Source: an uncultured Chloroflexota bacterium (lineage in GTDB: Bacteria > Chloroflexota > UBA4733). Taken from it: DNA of 32,000 bases. The notes under the pieces are model-generated. The model ran no database searches. It saw nothing but the letters and a program-made list of their open reading frames with translations, and was not told the DNA's origin. The translations under genes were made by a program, and so were the position numbers. The stretch spans positions 18,634 through 50,633 of the forward strand of contig CALBSQ010000213.1 of the NCBI GenBank assembly GCA_937967325.1, written 5' to 3'. Shown here one piece after another: positions 31,644 to 32,000 of this stretch (positions are counted from its first letter, which is position 1; every line of letters starts with the position of its first letter).

Positions 31644-32000
31644 CTAGCGCGACATTCCGACGGCCGTGAGCGTGCCGTTGGCGGCTGGCCGGACGCTCCG
31701 AGTTGGCGCCGCGTTGACCGCGTGCGACGAGCTGATGGCGTGCGTTCGCGGGCGCTCGGCGGACTGCCAGCGGATGGCGATGGTCTCCACCACGGCGCGG
31801 AAGTCGGCTCGCGCCTCGGGCGACAGCCGGTCGTTGGTGAGGAGTCGCGTGACCGCCGCGACCGTCGAATCGGCGGGACCCAGCTTCTGCAAGCTTGGCG
31901 GCACGTGGCCGGCGGAGAAGAGGAGCCGGTCGACCTCCTCGGTAGAGAGCGACAGCGCGCGAGCCAGCGCCTGGGCCACTTCGCGTGTCGGCGCCTCGCG
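31644..32000 (-). CDS. Probable XRE-type HTH regulator, partial; the 5' end lies outside the window
   Basis: The frame stays open to the window edge (…REAPTREVAQALARALSLSTEEVDRLLFSAGHVP…). This resembles the end of an XRE HTH (recognition helix plus the L..AL.LS..E...LL.AAG tail), followed by a helical domain. Confidence 0.55.
   Translation of the reverse strand, partial: REAPTREVAQALARALSLSTEEVDRLLFSAGHVPPSLQKLGPADSTVAAVTRLLTNDRLSPEARADFRAVVETIAIRWQSAERPRTHAISSSHAVNAAPTRSVRPAANGTLTAVGMSR

Noticed and set aside
1-32000. tRNA, rRNA or other canonical RNA genes, and transposase or integrase genes
   Set aside because: I found no cloverleaf-like or rRNA-like segments by eye, and no ORF with transposase or integrase motifs. 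The intergenic space is small apart from the repeat elements already listed. A tRNAscan or Infernal run would be needed to be certain.

Overview
High-GC bacterial chromosomal window that is almost fully coding. From about 10.4 kb onward nearly every gene is on the minus strand. Phylum is not determinable from this window. The GAAC-N4-GTTC LexA box and the hydrogenase type would fit a Chloroflexota or Actinobacteria-like organism, but that is a guess. Layout: (1) 1-5.2 kb holds housekeeping-type genes: a partial ROK kinase, a large secreted multi-domain protein, a Ppx/GppA phosphatase and an HNH endonuclease. (2) 5.2-10.2 kb is a decayed accessory patch. It holds two 3' remnants of TPR-type regulators, a beta-helix remnant, a BNR/sialidase-like remnant, an intact Uma2 endonuclease, a solitary methyltransferase with permuted motif order, and an enolase-superfamily gene that has lost the middle of its barrel. 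(3) 10.4-14.8 kb is an ABC importer operon (binding protein, two permeases, ATPase) with a perfect 32-bp hairpin element inserted before the ATPase gene. (4) 15-17.4 kb holds a Gfo/Idh/MocA oxidoreductase, lexA with a palindromic SOS box, and a YggT-like membrane protein. (5) 17.5-20.8 kb is a peptide/nickel-type ABC importer (binding protein and two permeases, no ATPase). (6) 20.9-29.7 kb is a tightly packed minus-strand [NiFe]-hydrogenase operon that looks group 1h/5-like: no Tat signal on the small subunit, and a NifU/Rieske-like partner. (7) 29.9-32 kb holds a class-A beta-lactamase-like hydrolase, tatA with a clean terminator, and a partial HTH regulator. The hydrogenase operon is the part worth attention, for three reasons. 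Two in-frame TGA codons sit exactly where conserved metal-ligand cysteines are expected, one in the CxC motif of a CooC-type ATPase and one in the small-subunit Fe-S region, which makes them candidate selenocysteines. Four paralogous single-pass membrane proteins in an A-B-A'-B' pattern are inserted between the small- and large-subunit genes. There are also two 1-nt frameshifts at short homopolymers, two maturation-protease paralogs (one degenerate), and a copy of the same hairpin-element family seen in the ABC operon. All of this comes from reading the sequence and recalling family motifs. No searches were run.
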